Shown in pieces: positions 61,147 to 64,000 of a DNA stretch of 64,000 bases. This DNA is from a virus. The stretch is from IMG/VR virus record IMGVR_UViG_3300049893_001984, positions 128,335 through 192,334 of that record. One strand, written 5' to 3'. A program made the translations under genes and the position numbers. Each line of letters starts with the position of its first letter. The first letter of the stretch is position 1. Below the pieces are notes generated by a model. It did not search any database. It had not been told where the DNA came from and was given only the letters and a program-made list of their open reading frames with translations.

Positions 61147-61416
61147 TTATGGCATCTCCTTTTCCAGTCGTTCGAGGGTGTCAACTGTTCCCATCAGCTC
61201 TATCAGGAGTTTGGTTGACTTACTACGATTCTGATTCTGAAACCACGCTTTCGCCGCCTCCACGACGGCATCACGGGCGGCGGCATAGGTACGCTCGCCA
61301 ATCATCGGCCATGCAATTTTGTTCTTTCCAAATCTAAACCACGGCATTCCGTATCTATCAACTCCGCACCACTCCACCCCCACCGGCAGAATGCAATCCT
61401 TCGGAAGTTCGGTCAT
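61147..61416 (-). CDS. LPxGCxLP family protein
   Basis: MTELPKDCILPVGVEWC, ATGA coupling. Confidence 0.65.
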   Translation of the reverse strand: MTELPKDCILPVGVEWCGVDRYGMPWFRFGKNKIAWPMIGERTYAAARDAVVEAAKAWFQNQNRSKSTKLLIELMGTVDTLERLEKEMP

Positions 61417-61655
61417 GGTTTCGTCTCCGGTTTCGTTTCCACGATATGAAAATCGCACCCCTGACCACAAAGGCAATCGTTAACCTTGTATCCAGCCTTG
61501 CAATCAAAACGAACGTTTCCGCACGGCGCAAGGTCGTCAATCTCGCAGGCGCACTCAGACCACGAATTGAAAAGCCCGTCGTATCCTCCCGCCTTGAGCC
61601 ACGTTTTCAGAATGTCGCCAACGGTATTGTCGTCGTGAGTCATCCCTTCCCCCAT
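61413..61655 (-). CDS. Small Cys-rich phage protein
   Basis: GYDGL...ECACEIDDLAPC...CKAGY...C.C...CDF. Confidence 0.65.
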   Translation of the reverse strand: MGEGMTHDDNTVGDILKTWLKAGGYDGLFNSWSECACEIDDLAPCGNVRFDCKAGYKVNDCLCGQGCDFHIVETKPETKP

Positions 61656-62019
61656 CCTTTAGATTCCAAACCAGATACGCGCTGCTGCACTTAGCATTAA
61701 AACTCCAGCAGAAAACAGAAAGAATTTAATTGCGTGTTCAAGTTCGTCAGTCATCCCTTCCCCCATTCTTTCATTGTGATTTTGATTTTCATTTCCGCCT
61801 CCCAAAGAACAGCCGCCACGCTTTCACCCACCATCGCACTTTAGGACAATCCCAGCATCGACGGCGCGGGCAACCGCGACAGCTCACGCTTTCACCCTCC
61901 AAAAGAAATGTGCGTGTACAACCACCACACCCCGTAGATTATCCCCGCCACAGAAGCGAGGATGCCAATCAATGCAAACACTGCAATAGATAACCAAACG
62001 CCGTCGCTGGGTCCGTACA

Positions 62020-62121
62020 TTATTTCACCCCCTCCAATTCGCGCCAGAGTTTGCGCCAAATTTCGCATTCATACCAGTCCACCCCCACCGGCAGCACGCG
62101 CTCTTTCGGAAGTTCATTCAT
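62020..62121 (-). CDS. 33-aa truncated LPxGCxLP-family peptide (not in ORF track)
   Basis: MNELPKERVLPVGVDWYECEIWRKLWRELEGVK, coupled to both neighbours. Confidence 0.5.
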   Translation of the reverse strand: MNELPKERVLPVGVDWYECEIWRKLWRELEGVK

Positions 62122-62555
62122 CCCTTCCCCTCCTTCCCGCCGTCGAGGGCGGCGCGTGCGTAATCTTTAGCGGCCTCTTTAGCAGTGAGAAAACCCTGAC
62201 GGAATCCGTCTGACCACCTATCAACATCGTATGGATGATTTGCGGAGTGGAGTTTACGGCGGTCGATAAATTCGCCGATGGATTCAGGCTCCAGCGCCTT
62301 CCGCAGCCGGTCATTCTCCGCCCGGAGGCGCGCTTTCTCAAAATCCTGTGTTAGTTGGTACGCTCGCAACTCCGTATTCTCCGCCCGGAGGCGGTCGCGG
62401 TCGGCCTTCAAATGCGTCATACAACCCGACGCTTCGCAATGTACCCAATATGGCCCAATCGGTTTTCCGCTGGCGTTAAATAGCGTCCGCCCGAGGCCGT
62501 CGTTTTTTGCAATCGCACCACCGCACTCGTCACAAATCCTTACCCCGTCATTCAT
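62118..62555 (-). CDS. Zinc-ribbon plus coiled-coil hypothetical protein
   Basis: CDEC...HCEASGC, DRDRLRAEN. Confidence 0.6.
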   Translation of the reverse strand: MNDGVRICDECGGAIAKNDGLGRTLFNASGKPIGPYWVHCEASGCMTHLKADRDRLRAENTELRAYQLTQDFEKARLRAENDRLRKALEPESIGEFIDRRKLHSANHPYDVDRWSDGFRQGFLTAKEAAKDYARAALDGGKEGKG

Positions 62556-62980
62556 TTCTTCACCTCCCCTTTCGTCGCCTCGTCGGCGCGGGCGATCATT
62601 TCGTAAGCCTTTGCGCGCCATGACATTTTCTCATCTGTCATCCGCAACCAGTTTGAGCCGCTCAACTCAATCAATGCGTCCGAGTGAACTATACCCTCCG
62701 AAAGCAGCAGCACCGCCTCCTCCAACGCCTTCCGCAGCTGCTCGTTTTTCGCCTCAGCCTTTTGAATCCTGACGGCGAACGCCGTGCGTAGTTCATCGCC
62801 CTTTTTCGCCCACGACTCTTCAGAGGTAAGCTTTTGCCTCAGTTCGTCGTTTTCCGTCTGGAGTCGGTCTCTGTCGGTCCGGATTTCCTCGCAGCTCTCA
62901 CTCAGCACAAGGTCGCCAAACTCACACTGGCATGTGCCTTTCTTTTGCCCGCAAATGCAATTATCGGCCTTCACGCTCAT
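62552..62980 (-). CDS. Coiled-coil hypothetical protein
   Basis: CICG..C.C, DRDRLQTEN. Confidence 0.6.
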   Translation of the reverse strand: MSVKADNCICGQKKGTCQCEFGDLVLSESCEEIRTDRDRLQTENDELRQKLTSEESWAKKGDELRTAFAVRIQKAEAKNEQLRKALEEAVLLLSEGIVHSDALIELSGSNWLRMTDEKMSWRAKAYEMIARADEATKGEVKK

Positions 62981-63348
62981 TCCCCACCTCCCAACGCCTT
63001 GAGCGCCGCGAGACAGACGGCGCGGGGTGCGGAGTCAGAAAACTCCTGAGTGCCCTTACTGATTCCGACACGGTAAAACTGTGAATAAATACCGCTGTCG
63101 TAAACATCTATGGTGCACAGCCACCCTATCTCCCGCATCCTCTCCACCACCAACCAAGCGTCTGCAATACGCTCAGCAGGTCTAAAGTCTGCAACGGCTT
63201 GCCGCATGCCCAACATCGGTTGTGAGACTTCCTCTGCCTTCACGTAGAACACTTTGTGCTGGGTATGCTTTTTCCACCCCATGACTTTCTCGGCCACGGA
63301 GGCGTTTAGTTCGTCAGTACTTAGATCGCTAGTCATGCCGTCCCTCAT
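62977..63348 (-). CDS. Phage_ABA_S-like protein, paralog 3
   Basis: LNASVAEKVMGW...IADAWLVVERM...APRAVCLAALKAL. Confidence 0.75.
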   Translation of the reverse strand: MRDGMTSDLSTDELNASVAEKVMGWKKHTQHKVFYVKAEEVSQPMLGMRQAVADFRPAERIADAWLVVERMREIGWLCTIDVYDSGIYSQFYRVGISKGTQEFSDSAPRAVCLAALKALGGGE

Positions 63349-63375
63349 AATTTGAAAGCCATGCTGTTTCTCGGC

Positions 63376-63570
63376 CTACTCGTTTGGCTCCTGTGTCTTT
63401 TGCCACTGTCCGTTTTTGTTCGGAATAAACTTGTATCCAGCATCAATAAACTGCTGGTTGTTCATCCGGTTTACCCAGCCCACTGTGAAAATAGCAACAC
63501 ACACCACGATTGTAACTGCGGTTGTGATGAGCAACGCTGTCTTTACTTCTTCATCGACACGGTAGTTCAT
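63376..63570 (-). CDS. Small single-pass membrane protein
   Basis: TM followed by GYKFIPNKNGQWQK. Confidence 0.6.
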   Translation of the reverse strand: MNYRVDEEVKTALLITTAVTIVVCVAIFTVGWVNRMNNQQFIDAGYKFIPNKNGQWQKTQEPNE

Positions 63571-63620
63571 TTGATCTCCCTTTTGTGAACAGAGTGCATC
63601 CGACGTCGGAACAACATTGC

Positions 63621-63971
63621 TTATTCTTTGGCCCGCTCGTAGGCATCAACAGCCTTTTCGAGGTTCTCCACTGCCTGTATGCCCTCGGACATGCAAGCGT
63701 CTGTATGGCGCCATTTAATCGCCGCCTCTAGGAGGACATCGCGGGCGGCGTTGAGTTTCTCAGCCTGCAGCTTTCTGTCTGTTGCCGCAGTGTTATCGAC
63801 CTCAGCAACGATATCCAGCTCCGGGTCTAAAACAGTCAGCACAGCGGTTGGCAAATTGTCATCCGCTTTAATCGTGACATCGACACGAGTGATATGGTCG
63901 ATTGGCTTGCCTGTATCAACGTCTATCACGCTAACGTTGCTACCACTGCCTTTGATGTGCACTTTAGCCAT
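63621..63971 (-). CDS. Hypothetical protein
   Basis: 116-aa ORF with SD. Confidence 0.65.
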   Translation of the reverse strand: MAKVHIKGSGSNVSVIDVDTGKPIDHITRVDVTIKADDNLPTAVLTVLDPELDIVAEVDNTAATDRKLQAEKLNAARDVLLEAAIKWRHTDACMSEGIQAVENLEKAVDAYERAKE

Positions 63972-64000
63972 GAGCTTATCCTTTCCGGAGTAACACCTTT

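Noticed and set aside
57930-61157. 35-bp repeats as a CRISPR array
   Set aside because: Copies are 0.4-1.2 kb apart, separated by whole genes, and contain SD plus ATG. No cas genes.
1-64000. Stop-codon reassignment, or prophage/host boundary
   Set aside because: Core genes are full length under code 11 and all three stops are used. No integrase, att-like junction or host operon seen.

Overview
A 64-kb gene-dense segment of a large tailed-phage genome. No host housekeeping genes, integrase or CRISPR array are seen, and standard code 11 ORFs are intact. Lipoproteins and an HldC-like gene suggest a diderm host. About 90% of genes are on the minus strand. (1) 1-2.5 kb: a ubiquitin-like conjugation cassette (Ubl, Prok-E2, unknown gene, JAB protease running off the left edge; no E1 in the window). 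(2) 5-23.5 kb: replication, recombination and nucleotide genes (RecA/UvsX, SSB candidate, family-A polymerase with a UDG-like domain, primase, DnaB-like and SF2 helicases, SbcCD, 5'-nucleotidase, ThyX, dNMP kinase) plus tRNA-fMet. (3) 30-41 kb: terminase large subunit, an RNA cluster (tRNA-Ile2 split by an Azoarcus-type group I intron whose HNH ORF runs through the ribozyme core, a D-armless tRNA-like element, a ~277-nt unassigned structured RNA), a lipoprotein with a C-terminal TM helix, a divergent primase-like giant and a probable virion-protein island. (4) 41-64 kb: accessory small ORFs with expanded paralog families, repeated intergenic cassettes, tRNA-Arg and a solitary plus-strand JAB-like gene. 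The most unusual signal is a C-terminal E-[LFI]-V-P-stop tag on at least 11 proteins, several unrelated, encoded with varied synonymous codons. Family assignments are from motif recognition by eye, not database searches.
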